From assembly GCA_003971905.1 (NCBI GenBank), contig RSEE01000158.1, positions 1-64,000 of the forward strand: a stretch of DNA of 64,000 nt, written 5' to 3'. A program made the position numbers and the translations under genes. Source of the DNA: Moniliella sp. 'wahieum' (Eukaryota). Below the pieces are notes generated by a model. The model was not told the DNA's origin. It worked only from the letters and a program-made list of their open reading frames with translations, and did no database searches. Below, piece after piece: positions 32,445 through 46,413 of this stretch (the first letter of the stretch is position 1; the number at the start of each line of letters is the position of its first letter).

Positions 32445-34583
32445 TTACTCGGCGTTGAAGACGCGAGACATGGCGGCTTGGCGCTTGAGTGCAGGTGGGC
32501 AGTCGCCCCGGGGCAGGAACACCTCGATAACTGTACACTTTGCAGCACGGTTAAAAGCACGGTCATCGAGGAGGTGGTCAAGCTCCTTCTTTGTGTGGAG
32601 GGCATAGTATGCCGTTTGGCTGGGCTCGGGGTCGTTGGCATGCGACTGCACCTGTGGTCGCCCATCCGGGAGGCGCACTGAAGAAATCAAGCAAGAGCGA
32701 GTGGTTCCAAGGCGCAACGCTATAAGGTTAGAGATTGAGTAGGAAAAAAAACAGAAAGGGGGAAAGAGCGTGTGGTTAGTAGGTCTTATCAAGCAAGTCG
32801 CGCGCGAGGGGCATGCTCGTTGTACGACTCGTCTTCCCCAAGATTTGCCGTTCAATTTCGTATCCATCATTGTTGAGGATTGAAGATAAGAGGGGTCAAC
32901 CGTGACGGAGAACCGTACTTATTTCCTGCGCGTGAGTTGGAAGCGAACCGTCTCCGATGAACAGAATGGTGCGGCCCGGGCGGCTAGGGTCTTCTTTCTT
33001 CAGCTGCCGCAAGCCCAGTGCTGCGCCTAGCACTGCCCCTCCAGTGTAGCCAATGGACCCCCAAAGGACCTGCGAGAGCCAATGCACATTGGTCGGGAAC
33101 GTGACGTCCATTAACCAAAGACAGAGGTACCTGTCTCGCCCAGGATCACATCGCCTGTGCGGAAAAAATTCCCGACCCGAGGCCAAAGATAGGCTTGAGT
33201 AATAGGATCCTTCTCCTTGTAACCCTCTACGCCTCCAATGGACTCAAGTGCCGTAGCATCCAGCTCGTCCAGGTCTTCCTCTGGCGTGGGCAGTTGGTTG
33301 AGCAAAGCGGCGTAGGCGGGGGCAAGGATTGTCCGTGTCTGACCCCCCGCTCGGCCTGGCGTTCTTTGAGCCCCGCGGCAATCTTGGGGATGAGGTGCTT
33401 CATGCTAATTTCTTCAAAACGAGCAAACCCGATCTCGCAGTAGGTGCTGTGGAGTTCAATGGTGAGATTTGCGAGTCCGGAAGCTGAACGAGTTGGTGTT
33501 GTAATCCGAAAGGAGTGTACCGATGGAAATGACCAGATCCGCCTGATCCTCCACAATATCCTTGACCGTAGGGTGGGACGAAGATCCGTGGTACACGCCA
33601 CCAAAATGGGAGTTTTGCTCATCCAGTCCACCCTTTCCCATGGGTGGTGTGAAAAAGGCCAAGCCGCTTTCCTCCACCAACTCGCGCACCTCGCTTGCAA
33701 CATTGTGCCGGTTGGCGCATGCATCAACGATCAAGACGGGCAGGTTTGCAGAATTGATCACCGCAAGAATCTCTTCCAACACGCTCGCCTCCTTCTCCAG
33801 GTCGTTTGGGGGAGGTTCAGTGACCAAAGGTGTTTCCAACCGGAGAGCAGACTCGGCTGGCAGTTTGTAGTCCACCAGGTTGCTTGGAAGGGCAATGTAA
33901 ACGGGAAGCGAGCGCACCAAGCAGTGCTGCACCGTGGCATCGAACGCGCGCAGCAGCATCATCTCCCCCAACCAAGGTGTCGTCGGCGTCGGTACGCTGG
34001 ATCAAGCGTCCTTCGCGGTAGAGAATGTAAAAATCAAGCTGCTTGGAAGTGATTTGACGGGCCATGTTGAGGAACGCGTCAAACTTGTGATCGCCTATAT
34101 GCACATAAGTGCGCGAATATACACGTAAGTGCGCGAAAAGGATGCAATAGCGCTTGGTTAGTTACGACTCTTTTTTTGGAGGGACGATGATGAGGCAGGA
34201 AAGGGACACATCAACGTACCAAGTGTGTGGTGAAGTAGAAGACCCTCATCCTGAGCCTTTGGGAGAGGAGTACCGACAATGTGGATAACAGGCAAGCGTT
34301 CGGCCATGCTTCCTCCCAAGGCGTTGCAAGCACTCAGTTCTCCCACGCCAAATGTAGTGGTAATCACCGACGGACGGGGTTGGTCTTCTCCCAAAACGCG
34401 GGCCAAGCCGTCTGCTGAGTATCCTGCATTGAGCTCATTTGTGTTTCCCACCCACTGGAGCCCTCCCTCGCGAAAACGGGTGAGCAGCGCCAAATTGAAG
34501 TCGCCCGGCACTCCTTGGATGTAATTGACACCAAGCTGGCGCAAGCGCTCAATCATGTAACCGGCCAAGGTCAGATCAGACAT
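32445..34583 (-). CDS. PDC1: Pyruvate decarboxylase (TPP-dependent); introns ~34095-34219 and ~32720-32816
   Basis: GVPGDFNL, WVGNTNELNAGYSADG, TTFGVGELSA, HHTLG, ETGTS, QVLWGSIGY, GDGS, LNNDGY; TATA near 34675. Confidence 0.93.
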
Positions 34584-35762
34584 GGTGACGAAAAGCGTTG
34601 TGTGTTGCGGATGGAGGTGGTTGTAAGGGGGACGATGAGATGAAGAGGACAGGGGAGGGGCGGTCCGAAGGCGTATATAATAGGGGAGTCACTATAGTCA
34701 GGAGCTTATGCTGTACGGCGAGAGGGCACGCATACGCCACAAACGATAAACGCTTTCGCAGCGGAGCCCAATTCTCGTGCTAGTACTAGGCAATAATCTA
34801 TCCTGGTCCCACCCGACCACGGCGGCTGCCGGGGCTGCCGGTGTGGTGGGTGGATGCCAGCTCGTCTGATAACAGCCGCCGGCATCAGAGGAGGGGAACT
34901 CTACAGCCATTCTGCGATCTTCGGTAGCTGTGGATCAAAATGCATGATGCGCATGCGTGACCAGGGGCATTGGGCGCTCGGCGCAGCCAATCGAGATGGA
35001 GAAGAGTGAATCATGCGGACGCCGTGGCGCCGCCTGCTCCAGACAAGACAAGAGGGCCGCCGGCGCCGGTGGTGTACCAGTATCAGGACCGTGATACAGC
35101 CGCCCATAGAGCAAACACACCGGCATCATCATCGCTGCCCCCTTGGTAGCAGAAACACAAAAGGGCGGCAGTGGCGTAAGGAGACCAGTTTGATGGCGCT
35201 GTTGGGCGCTTTGGCGCGATATGATGCTATCAGCGCATCTCTCCCCATACTGCGTATATACTGGCTCACTCGGCCGAGTTGCGCAGCTGGACTACACAAG
35301 TATTAGGCCCATCCCCCTAACATTAGCCCGAATCGAGTCGCAGTCATGTCAGCGAATTCCCGAGACCAGAATGGGTAAGGAACCCTGGTCTACCTACAGC
35401 CCACCGCCACAGCCCGCCGTGACGTTCCAGCCCGGCGAAGCGCCCACCACATGCCTCTACATGTTGACGCACAAAGCCTAACTCATCTGGCAAAGGTCGT
35501 GCCTGGTCCTCCCTTTCTGGCCTCCCAACGATTGCAAGTGAAGCCGGTACCTGGTCCGCTTCCAACGTGGGATGCATAAAACACATGTAGTGCAGTGGCA
35601 GAACCTGCCCGACAGGGGTCCCATAGAGGCGGGTGACACAGGCATCGGTGAGGGCCCAGTCGAACCCACGTTTGCCTGGTACCCCTGACTTTTGGAGCAT
35701 TGCGTGCGCAATGAAACGCCCAAAGCGAGATGCGACGGGAGAAGAGTGAAGGAACAGATGAT

Positions 35763-36258
35763 TTACTTCTTCTTGTTGTCCGACGCCTTGTTTTGGCGGT
35801 GCCAAAGAACTTCTTGGCGCGGTTCTTGCGCTCCTTGCGCAGCTTGCGACCAGCGCCCTCGACCTTCTCGGCCAGGCCGAGCGGACAAGACGGAACTTGG
35901 GCTCGAACTTCTTCTGGGCCTCGGCCGAGTCGTAAATCAGAGCAAAGCCCGTGGTGCGTCCACCACCAAAGTGGGTGCGCAGGCCAAAAGTGACGACCTG
36001 CTCGGCGGGCGCCTTGTAAAGCGCACCGAGCTTCTCAGAAAGCTCAGCACGGCTCACGTTAGGACGCGCGGGGTGGATGACCTCCAGCAGCACTGCCGCC
36101 GCTGGAGAAGAGCGTTGCGCATAAACTTACGCGTGCGCAGCGTCACGGGCGAGTTCGGGTCCTGCAATCGTTCGAGTTAGCACCCCGTCGTTCATCATGC
36201 GGATGGGTCCCAGCGCTGCCAGGGTCGCGCGGACGGGCAGAGGCGTAGCACTCACCAT
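35763..36258 (-). CDS. RPS24: 40S ribosomal protein S24 (eS24); ATG-only first exon, intron 36162-36255
   Basis: [71 protein letters not shown]. Confidence 0.95.
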
Positions 36259-36344
36259 GTTGGGCTTGGTGAGGAGTCGTCGGCACGAACCACCGGACGC
36301 GTGGCCGCAGTGGGAGATTCCAGCAGACCAGCAACCGCCAACAG

Positions 36345-36387
36345 TAGGGTTGGGCCGCAATGTACTGCCGCAGCATTTGCAACCCTA
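36345..36387. promoter_or_regulatory. Inverted pair of AACCCTA (telo-box-like) motifs upstream of RPS24
   Basis: TAGGGTT at 36345-36351 and AACCCTA at 36381-36387 in the RPS24/VMA21 divergent promoter; function inferred. Confidence 0.45.
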
Positions 36388-36654
36388 GTCGTACATGGGC
36401 TCGACGGATGCAATTACTGATGGGGTGTCCATATCGGGCATGTCACGCGTGATGTGATGTGCCTTGCCGCCTGTTGTCACATGGTCACACTCCCCAGGCG
36501 CAGTTGAAATTGGGAGGGCGGTTGTGCTGCAATTTCAGATAGAAGCTGACGCGCGGACCAACGAGGGTTCCCGGTTCCCGCACTCGCTACGCCCTGAGTC
36601 GGAGGGCTCGTCGCGGTGTGTGGTTGCGTGGTTGCGTTCAGCCATTCATCCACC

Positions 36655-37105
36655 ATGTCGAGCTCGCTCGCTGCCCCCACAACTTCCGAGGGGCAAGTCC
36701 GGCAGCGCATCGCTGCTCTTCCCCGCAACCCCCGACTGCGTTCTCTGCAGAGCAGAATGCATCCTCCTCCGCCCCCCCATCGACCTTGGCGTCGGCGCCC
36801 CTTGCCGCTGCTCCGGTGCCGCCGACGGGCAGGACAGACGGCTCGGTGTGGCGCACCTTCTCCCTCTTTTCGTTCGCCATGTTTCCTTGCCCATTGCGGT
36901 GCTCTATGGCTCAAAGGACACTCTGTTTGCCGGCAACATTAACTATGCGGGCGGGTTGGCGGCCGTAGTGGCGAACATGGTGCTGGTGGCGTACGTGGTG
37001 GTGTGCTTCTATGACGACGATGGTGCTACTCAGGCTGCGCCTGCGCCTGCGCCTGCGTCGGTCGCCACACCCACACCGCCCAAAGATCAAGGCAAGGACC
37101 AATGA
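36655..37105 (+). CDS. VMA21: V-ATPase assembly factor Vma21-like (start and intron uncertain)
   Basis: LPIAVLYGSKDTLFAGNINYAGGLAAVVANMVLVAYVVVCFYDD two-TM signature. Confidence 0.75.
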
Positions 37106-38589
37106 CTCAAAATGTGACGGGAGGTTGTTCGGTTGCCTGAGAGCGCCGAGCTGTCCAGCATCCCCCCCCAGCCTAGCTGCCATCGCCGTGACGCAGACGG
37201 CCTGCAAACCGGCTGTACTTTCTCAACAATCCAACCATCAACGGGTAGATGCCCAGCACGGCCGGTCCTGAAGTCTCCAGCTCACCTGTGGCTGAGCTGG
37301 ACAGAGGGAGCCTTAGCAGTACCAACGATTCCCGTTCCCGCGGTTGGATTGAGCAAGCATATAGGTAAGAATTTCTTCCAAGACGCAGTAGGCGGATGCT
37401 GGCTAGGCGGTGGGCACGTACTTGGAGTACCACACGGTGGGTGGTTGTATACGCGATGGGGTGTGCTTCGTGTCAGCGTCCCGGCCAGTTCACTGCGGCC
37501 AATTCACAGCAGGCGAAGGACCTCTGGTTGGTTGCAGGTCAAACTCGGGGGATGTGGTGGAACAGCTTAATACTCGCCCCTTAACACCCTCCTTACCCTC
37601 CCCCCCACACACACGTCTTAGTGAGGCAGTTGATCCCAGGAGGCACGCAATGGGATGGACGAGATACCAAGTGGTGTGGTGGTGGGGACCGTGGAGCGAT
37701 GCCCGAAAGGGAATCGAGCCGCCGACAGGGAGCCAAAACGAGGACGCAGGGGCAGGGACAGGGGGAGAGGGCGTTGGAAGCCAGCATGCAGATGGGGCTC
37801 ATCGCTCAGTCAGCTCATCACCCCGATGTCTGAGATGGCCTGAGAACCGGGGCTGTCCATGGATCCTCCCAGCATTGGCGCTTCCGCCCATTCAACCGAA
37901 TCACGACAACATTTGGCCCCTCCTGCTTCCGCAGAGCTGGACCCCACTTTGGTTTTTGAGGGGGGACCCCTTCCAAACCTGCAAGTCAGACGGGGAGGCA
38001 GGTTTACGTTTAACGCCGTGTAACCCCCGTACCGCTATCAGGCCTACTAAGGCTTTTATAACTGTACGGCCGGTAACACGTATCAGGTGAAGAGCGATCG
38101 CCAGTACCGCCTGCCTGTCCTGGCACCGTCCACCACACGCGCAGCAGGCCAATCTCGAGCTCATGCGCAGCGCGCCTGCCCCCATTACTAGTCATGCATT
38201 GTTGCCATCTGCGTGTGCTGCATGGCTCGCTCCATGCCAGAGGGGAGCTGAATCCATTACGAAACTCAGGAGCCGGCAACCGAGAGCCCAGCCCGTTCGG
38301 GCTAGCATTTTCCTGGTTGCATGCCTCGGACGCATTCGTCTTTCGTGTACCACAGACGATGCAGATGTAGATGTAGATGCAGATACAGATACAGATGCAC
38401 AAGTGCAAGGTGCAAGTCCGTAGCCACTCAATCCCCAACCCTGGACTTGTCGCGTCGTCGTAGGACAGCAGGGCCACCTCACCTCCACGTCCGTCCTCGC
38501 TGTCTGGGCGGGCAGACCGCAGGAGACAGGTGGCGCGTGTAATCAACCTCTGCCCATGGGTCGGGTAGGACCATGGTAGCCGTCTCCAG

Positions 38590-40086
38590 CTACGGTGCGT
38601 CGCCCGCTGAGTCGCCCGCCCCGTCATCCGCCACGTCGTCCGCCACATCGTCCGCCACGTCCATCCAGACCCGGATGCTAGGATCATGTTCCATGCTGCC
38701 CGAGGCGATGATAGGGAGGGTAGGGTGTACCTGGCAGAACGACGAGGTCAGTAATGCTGCATATCCGCAATCCCCGCCGCTGCGCTGCTGCCTGCTTCCA
38801 GGGGCCCAGACTCACCGCGAGTGCCAGAATGACGTCGGTATGTCCAAAGAGCGTCTGTACCACCTCCTTGCTCTGCACATCCCAGATCCAAACTTTTTGG
38901 TCCTCAGCCCCGCAGACGACCTGAATCTCAGGCAGTGATGCGCGCTCTCCGCCGCTGGGCCAGCGGGGCGGGTGAAAACCGCCTTGGTGGGGTACCGTTC
39001 GTTCATGTGACCAGTGTAGGTCTTGACGATCTTACCGTTGATCACGTCCCAGAGGCGGACCGAGTTGTCCAATGTGCTCGCCAGCAGAAAGGAGGAGGAA
39101 GGGGCAAATTTGACGGACGCAACAGGCGTGGCAACTGTGGCCATCATTGGACCCGTCTGGGGCACAAGCGTCTTGAGACACTGCCCCGTCAGCACGTTCC
39201 ACAGCCGCCTGAAGGGGTGCAGGTCAGCAGTCAGCGTTCAGTCCAGGGCAACCGCAGAAGCCCCCAAAGCAGAAAAAGGAGTAACGTACACCAGGCCGTC
39301 GTAGCTCCCTGTTGCGGCCATTGCGCCGTCGGCACTAAAATCCACCGAGGTCACGGCCTCAGTGTGGGCATTGATCACCTTGAGACATTCGCCTGCACAG
39401 GATACCGCGTCAGATCAGAATCGCACCTTTGCGGGGGGGGAGAGGACCTACCTCGTCGCAAATCCCACAGCCGCAGTGTTTCATCGTACCCTCCGCTGGC
39501 CACCAGCGTTCCTTGGGGGTTAAATGCCACGCACAAGATCCAGCTCTTGTGGCCTTCCAGCGTGCGCGCCAACTCGCCCTGCAGGAGAAGGAACAAGGTT
39601 AAGAGATGGCCAAGGGTTAAACGTGGGGGGGAGGTCACATACTGTCCGAGCATTCCACACCTTGACCATTTTGTCGTCGGAGGCAGAGGCGACATAGGTC
39701 GAGTCGGGACTCCATGCCACGTCGGAGATGCCTTGCGTATGACCGCGGAGCGAGAAGAGCAGGCTGCCGGTTGGCAGCGACCAGACCTGCACGACGCGGT
39801 CTGAGCCAGCGGAAGCCAGACGCGTACCGTCGGGGGAGAAAGCTAGGGCGGACACAGAGCGCGAGTGGCCATGGAGAGAGACGACTTGCTGGTAGCTGGG
39901 GCTGGGATGTGAGGCAGTGAGAGGACCTGGGGTGGTGGAACTGAGCGCTTTTGCTGCTTGTGCTGGGTCAGGCTGCTGAGGCTGGGACTCCAGACGCCGG
40001 CGCTTGCTACTGGGCGCATCCTCCTCCTTGACGGGGTCCGAGCCGAGACACGTTTGTTCCTCCGAGTCGGGGCGAAGTACGAGCAT
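38590..40086 (-). CDS. SWD3: WD40-repeat protein, WDR5/Swd3-like (several introns)
   Basis: [48 protein letters not shown]...[14 protein letters not shown]...K.KTYTGH.NERY. Confidence 0.8.
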
Positions 40087-40524
40087 GGCGGCAGAATGTG
40101 GAGCTGCGTGGGAGCATCTGCTGTGGGGGTGGGAGGGGGGGGTCGGGCGAAGGGTGGGCGGAGGGCGAGAGTGGAGGGGCGGCGGTGGAGAGCGTGTGGT
40201 GAGTGGAGGACCCAGCACCGGCGGCGGGCGTGGCCATGGAGAGGGCGGTGGTGGCGACGGGCACGACGGAGGGAGACGCGGCGGCGGGAGCGTGGGGGCT
40301 GCTGTGGAACGCGTCGCGCAGCGTCGGGCGGGGACTCTAGCATCGGATCAGTGACCCTGGACCTGCGCCAGTTGGCCGGCGGCGGAACAGACAGCGGCCG
40401 TTTCAAACGTTCATCCAATGGGCCGTCCATCGTCACGGGTCGGTCCTCGGCGCCGTTGCGCGTGGGCTCCGCTCTGCTCCGCTCGGGTGGCAGCCACGCT
40501 CCGCCGCCTCCGCCCTGCCCGTCC

Positions 40525-42143
40525 ATGCCGGCCCTGCGCTCCTTCCTGGCCGCGGCCTGGGTCCTGGGCTTGGGCCTGGTCGCCCGCCGCGTGAACGAGG
40601 AGGTGTCGGCGCCGTACATGGACGAGCTCTTCCATGCGCCCCAGGCAGCCGCCTACTGCCGCGGCGAGTGGCGCCGGTGGGACCCCAAGCTCACCACCCC
40701 GCCCGGCCTCTACCTCCTCTCTGTCCTGGGCGCCATCCCCCACCGCCTCCTCTCCGCACTGCCGTCCTTTTGCACGTCGCTGCCCTTCCTCCGCCTCGTG
40801 CCACTTCTGTCCCTCTTGGCGCTGCCGTGGCTCCTCGCCGCGCTGCGCTTCGCGTTGGCCCCCCCCGGCGGGGCCTACACCACTGCACTGCTCGAAGGCT
40901 ATGCCATCTCATCTCTCTCCCCGCTCTGGATGCTGGGCTTTCTGTACTACACTGATGTACCTAGTCTGGCCTCGTTCCTGCTCTGCTATCTGTTGGCCAC
41001 AAAACGGCACTACGCTTTGTCCTCCGTGGTACGTATTTTTCGGCTGATTCCTGGCAGCTCTCCTCTGACTGTGACTGCGGTGTTGATACCGGGTGCGCCT
41101 CGTAACGTCCAGATGGGCGTGGTCTCGCTTTTCTTCCGCCAGACAAACATCATCTGGGTCGCCTTTGTGGCCTGGACCGTGCTCCTGACCGACCTGGAAG
41201 AGGGAGGGATGTACCTGCCTCCATTGTCCAGGCAAGCGCCTGGCCATTGCGTCCCTTGACCATGATGGCTCATAGCCTAACGCATCTTTCGTGGCCTGCC
41301 TGGCGGCGGGCTGCAACCCACCTAGCCTTCTACCTCCCTTCTCCCATCCTCTTTGCCGCGTTTTTGTATTGGAACGGCGGTATCGTTCTCGGGGACAAGA
41401 GCAACCACCAAGCTGGGCTTCACTTCATGCAGCTCCCGTACCTTGCGCTCTTCACTTCCCTCTTTGCGTGGCCGTACCTGTTCGCCTTGGCGGGAGGCAC
41501 TGTGCGCGACTTGTGTACCGCCCAGTCGCGACGTACTAGGGCGACCGTGGCGCGTGGGTTTTTCGTGCTGTGCCTGGGGTTGGTGGCGCTGTCCGATGGG
41601 GCACGCTATTCCATCCTTTTCTCCTGGCTGACAACGCCCTATCCCTTCTACTTTCGTCGCCGTCGCTGGCCGGCCGGCGACGCGATACGGCGCTGGTACC
41701 GCTGTATGCATTGAGTGTGCGCTTGTGGGCGGCGCCTGGCCCAGTCCCGCAGCCGCTCTGGCTCGTTGGCCTACTCGGTCTCGGCCCTGGTGCTCGTCCC
41801 GTCGCCGCTGCTGGAGCCACGGTACTTTGTGGTGCCGTACATTATCATGCGCCTAAACCTACCTGTACCTGGGTGCCGGCTGCGATGGGCGAGGCCCAGC
41901 GGACGAGGCGGACGAGAGGGACAAGACGGGCGATGCGGACGGTACGGAGGGGCTGCCGGCGCACGTATCGGATCCGAGAGATTCTCAGTGTGCCAATGTG
42001 CGCGACGGGTCGCTCCTGCGCCGCTGGGCCACTGTCGAGCTAGGATGGGCCATGGCTCTCAATCTTGTCACCATGTCCATCTTTCTCTACCGACGTTTTC
42101 GTGGCCGCAGGAGCCGGGGCAGGCCCAGCGGTTCATGTGGTGA
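40525..42143 (+). CDS. ALG10: Dol-P-Glc alpha-1,2-glucosyltransferase (DIE2/ALG10 family)
   Basis: PYMDELFH, WDPKLTTPPGLY, FLYYTDV, FRQTNIIW, WNGGIVLGDKSNH, HPFLLADN, PLLEPRYF, terminal QRFMW. Confidence 0.93.
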
Positions 42144-42459
42144 CCACCGTGTCCCACTTCCGTCACGATTGTCCGTTGCGGGATGCGTAGAGGACGGGCG
42201 AACGAACGCCAGGCAAGAAGGTCTCCACCTATTAGAAGGATACGCCAACCCAACCCCGCCTGTCCAGTTTGCCCTTGATCCCAGCGGCTCCACCCCCTGG
42301 ATCCCATACTGCACTGCACTTTCCTACAACGCCCCCGGACTAGCTCGCACTTTCCATGGCCACGCCCCGCTCCATACCAAAGCATACTCATAACTCAAGG
42401 TGGTGTGGTACGCATGATGCTATTGGCCTGACGCCGCCCCCACAGGCACCCACTTCATT

Positions 42460-42801
42460 TTAGATCGTGGGGTCTTCCACGGGCTTGGGGCCCTGGCCAC
42501 CGGGACCGCCGGTGTGGTCGTAGTCTGGCCAAGCAGGGGCACCAAAGGGAGACAAGTCAGCAGAGTCTAGGGAAAGCCGAGAACAGCATATGAAAGCAAG
42601 GCGGAAAGAGGGGTTGTTCGTACCAGCTGGATTTGCTCGTGGTGCCCGACTGGAGCGAGGTGTGCTTGGGATTTGAGGTTTGCCCTCTGCCTTGAGCTGC
42701 TGGTTGAGTTGCAGGCGCTCCTGCTCTGCCTCGGCGGCTTGCTGTGGTGTTTGGCCGGCCTTGGCGCCAGGAAGGGATTCGTTGAACGTGGCCTGGACCA
42801 T
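42460..42801 (-). CDS. Small hydrophilic hypothetical protein (~80 aa, one intron)
   Basis: ATG downstream of TATATA (~42893); removing a GTACG...CCAG intron joins ...RANPA to DYDHTGGPGGQGPKPVEDPTI in frame. Confidence 0.55.
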   Translation of the reverse strand: MVQATFNESLPGAKAGQTPQQAAEAEQERLQLNQQLKAEGKPQIPSTPRSSRAPRANPAGTNNPSFRLAFICCSRLSLDSADLSPFGAPAWPDYDHTGGPGGQGPKPVEDPTI

Positions 42802-43848
42802 GGTTAGGCGGGTAGGGGGGGTGGGGAGCACAATCGATGGCGGAGACCGGGATGGGGTGGACGTGCGAGAGAGGAGGGTAGGGGGGAGGGCGATATATAC
42901 ACCCCCGACCTGCTGGATGGAGCCGAGGGAGGGGATGGACGAGGCCGCTGCGTTGGTGAGACGCTCTCGATCCGCACAGCGCATCTGCTTCGCCGCGTAG
43001 CGCTAAGCTCCATCGCCAACCCGATCGCAGTGACTTCTTTGCCGTCCCGGAGCCCCCCTTCCAATATGCCCCTGGTGACGTCAATTCCCGCGAGTACTAG
43101 CATCGACGTATGTGCGTGCCCCTCCACACCCCCCTCTCCTCGACTCGTCTTGCCTGTCCGATTCTCCTGCCCCCCTCGCTAGGCTCGGGGTACGCGTGCA
43201 GAGCAGATGTGGCGAGGAAAGCATAGGGAAGGCGGCGGAGCAGCAGGCACGTCAATAGCATTTAATTGAGCAAGGCGGTTCAACGTGATTGGAGAGAAGA
43301 TCGGAGGAGTGGGCGACTGAATCCTGCGTCATCACGTCATCTTACATCATAAGCACTAATCATTTGTTGCATCAACATCGCAGCGATCGTTACGCTGGTC
43401 GGCCTGCGGCCTGACTGAGGCCTGGGTCCCGAGTCGAGCCTGAACCAGCCATCGCCCTGATGGCCACAACGTAGGACACATCGGAGCGCAAGCGCGGGCG
43501 CATGCCCGCCGAGTGAAGGCCGTGCACGATACTATGGGATCAAAAGCCGGGACCGAGTCCCTCCGAGCGCAGTACCAAGAGAAAAATGCACGACCCGCGT
43601 CCCCACCACGCAGCAAGCCGAGACAAGAATGTCCTGGGTTTTCGCACTGCGGGAAAGGGGTACAGGCGGAAGGCACCCCCTTTTAGGAATGTGTAGATAT
43701 GGGTAGAGAACATGGAAATAGTGACATCATACATCTGGCCATCCACCAGTGTGGGAAGGGGTGGGGGGGTGGGGGGGTATGGTACAGAAACAGAGGACAA
43801 GGGAGAGGGACGATCGCGCCGAGCAAAAGCCACGGCGTCCCCCAGAGC

Positions 43849-44666
43849 TTAGGACTTCGCATCGCCACCCTGATCCTGAGGAGGTTGTGTGAGCCGTTTG
43901 ATCAGTTCGGTGGCTTGGCGAGCGGCCAAGCTCTGGGGGAAGTGACTGGTGGAGCAAAGCAGAGGTTAGAACCCGATCGAGCGGGTGCATGACATGGGAA
44001 AGGAAAGCTGGGAAAGACGTACGAGTTCCAGCTGCTCGGTATCGCGCAAGGCGGCACTGAGGTGCGAGCCTGCTGATCCCTGCGTTCGGCATTGGGGAGA
44101 GGGGGGAAGAGGTTGAGTGGCAGTGTGTTGCAGGAGGGCCTTGTGAGCGCGGCCTGCGTCGCTCGGGCGTGCGTCCAAAGCAGCTTGGACCTTGCCGCGA
44201 CCCTCTCACGGTCCTCCCGTGCTTCACGGCGTGCTCTCGGAATCTCCTTCCGCCCACGCACGGCCGGTCTCGGTCAGCTCCTCCACACGGCCGTCAGCTG
44301 AGCCACACGCGCTGCAGGTCAACGTCAAACGCTTCGGTGTGACTCGACGCTGGGAGAGCAGCGCCCTGTGCGGTCCATGGCACACCGTCTACTTCGATAT
44401 TGGGAAGGAGGCGCGCGCGGGCATTGGCAAGCCACTGGGGAAGGGTATGCAGAGCGTCAGCTAGGACGGTGGGGCGGTGGGGAGGCAGGGGGCGATGGAC
44501 GTACGTCGTCAACGGCGGAGGAGCTTGCGCTCGTCGGCGGCACTGCGGAGCGGGAGGAGGAGAGCTGCTTGCGTGCCAGGTCGTGCGCATGGGACGTAAG
44601 CGCAGCGAAGGCCCACTCGAGGTCGCCTTCGGTGGCGAGCTCCAGCTTGGCAAAGTTTTCGGGCAT
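43849..44666 (-). CDS. Probable kinetochore Mis14/Nsl1-like protein
   Basis: WLANARARLLPNIEVDG...EAFDVDLQRVW...RKEIP resembles the recalled basidiomycete Mis14 pattern; introns and indels make the ends approximate. Confidence 0.5.
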
Positions 44667-46413
44667 GGCCGGGATGGAGGTGGAGGCGTGGCAGCCGGGG
44701 CGGTTGGGTGGGTGCGTGTGGATGGGGCGGCCCAGGGGGGGAGTGTATGGGATTGCGCCGACCAACCCAACGCGTGGGGAACGTTACCAGTCACGTGGCT
44801 GGTGACTTGGCGATCTACATCGCAACATGGCCTACGTCGCCGCCTGGCTATGGCAGCTCACATCGTCTGCTTAGCTAATCTTTTCGTGCCGTCGGTGGCG
44901 GGCTGCTGAATAAGCAGCTGCAGCATGGGGACTGGTCGCCTGGGGCTGCGCTCGGGCCTGCTCGGCACGGACACGGAAGCAACGGTAGTAACTACCAAGT
45001 GATCTCGCGATCGACCAGCGAGGTAGATAGAGCGAACTCAGCGCTAGCCGCCTGAGCCTCTGGGTGTCAGCACTGGCGCCTAGCTGGGCGCTCAGCGTCA
45101 GCAAGGATCGATGTTCAAGGTCCCAAGCCATGTGCGGCGCCGCCGGGAATAGCGGCGTTTACACCGGCGCCATCCAAGTCCATGGACGAGCGATGCGAAT
45201 GTAAGTACTGGTGACATGTTTGCTGGTGGCCAGGCACCGAAACTACCCGGTGGTGGCAGGGTGTGTGTCTGGCTGGCTGGCACCCAGAGAGCAAGCCGAT
45301 CGGAGAGAAGACACTCTACGAGGGTAAGGCCTAAGGAGGGGTAACCGGGAAGGTTGCCCTCTCTGCCCCCCTCCACGCCCGCTGCCAGCAGTGGAGGGCC
45401 CAGTGATGTGCAGACGACGAAGGAGAGGCGGTGAGTGCGACTTGGACTGGATTGGAGTGAAGCTTGAAGCTTGAAGCTTGAAGATGGAATGGCCGGCTGG
45501 TCAATGCGTGAGCGCTGAGTAGCTGAGCGCGTGAGGCGGCGATAATGAAACGCAAGCATACAGGCGTGCTGTGGGAAGGATGCGCGTTTTGTTTGGGGAG
45601 ACGCCTGACCAGTGCCGGCTGATGCCGGCTGGTACGGGGTGCCGACGCAAGCAGCAGGGAGGCTTACGTGCTTGCGCGCTTAGCGCTTGCGACGCACGGG
45701 GGCGGGGAAGGGGAGTGGGTGAATACGGAGCCACCGGGCGAGTACGGAACGCACTGATCATCCATTCGCCGCAATCCGGGGTGGGCAAGCGCGGAGCCGC
45801 GGGCGGTGCAAATAAGCGTACGCAGCCAGCCACAGCGCAGTGCGTGTGCCCCCATGCGGCCGGGGCAGGGGGCAGCGAAGCGCCTCGGGAGGCAGTCTGG
45901 GGCGCGCTGGGATCTGGGGCCCCGGGGAGCGGTCGGACTGAGTACGGGCTGATACGCGAAGGGCCGCAGCGGATAGTCGATGGCGCCCACCAGGCAGCAC
46001 AGGGCAGCACACCGCACCCACGGCCCGGCGCCGCCCGGCCGACCGCAGCGCCGCCCATGCCGCTGCCAGCCGCGGCCAGGCGCTGCCCCCCGCCGCCCTC
46101 CCGCGCGCGCACACGCAGCTGCCCAATCAGGACGCAGCCAGTGCCCCCCTGCTGCGTCCGCAAGCGCAAGGGCCGCGTGGGGCTGCGCTAAAGTACAGCC
46201 CCAGAGTAGGGTTGGTGCGGAGCATGTGCTCCCGTGCCAGCCGGAGCGAGCAGCCGCAGCCTCCACGCCCCCCCCAGAAGCACGCCCCACCAGCCACGGC
46301 CCACCCGCATTTGTCAGCCTGCTGCGCGCGCTACTTGGGGCGAATCTTACGCCCGCCCTTCTGCTTCCGGCCCCCACCACCACCACCACCCCCACCCTCT
46401 CTGCGCATCCGCC

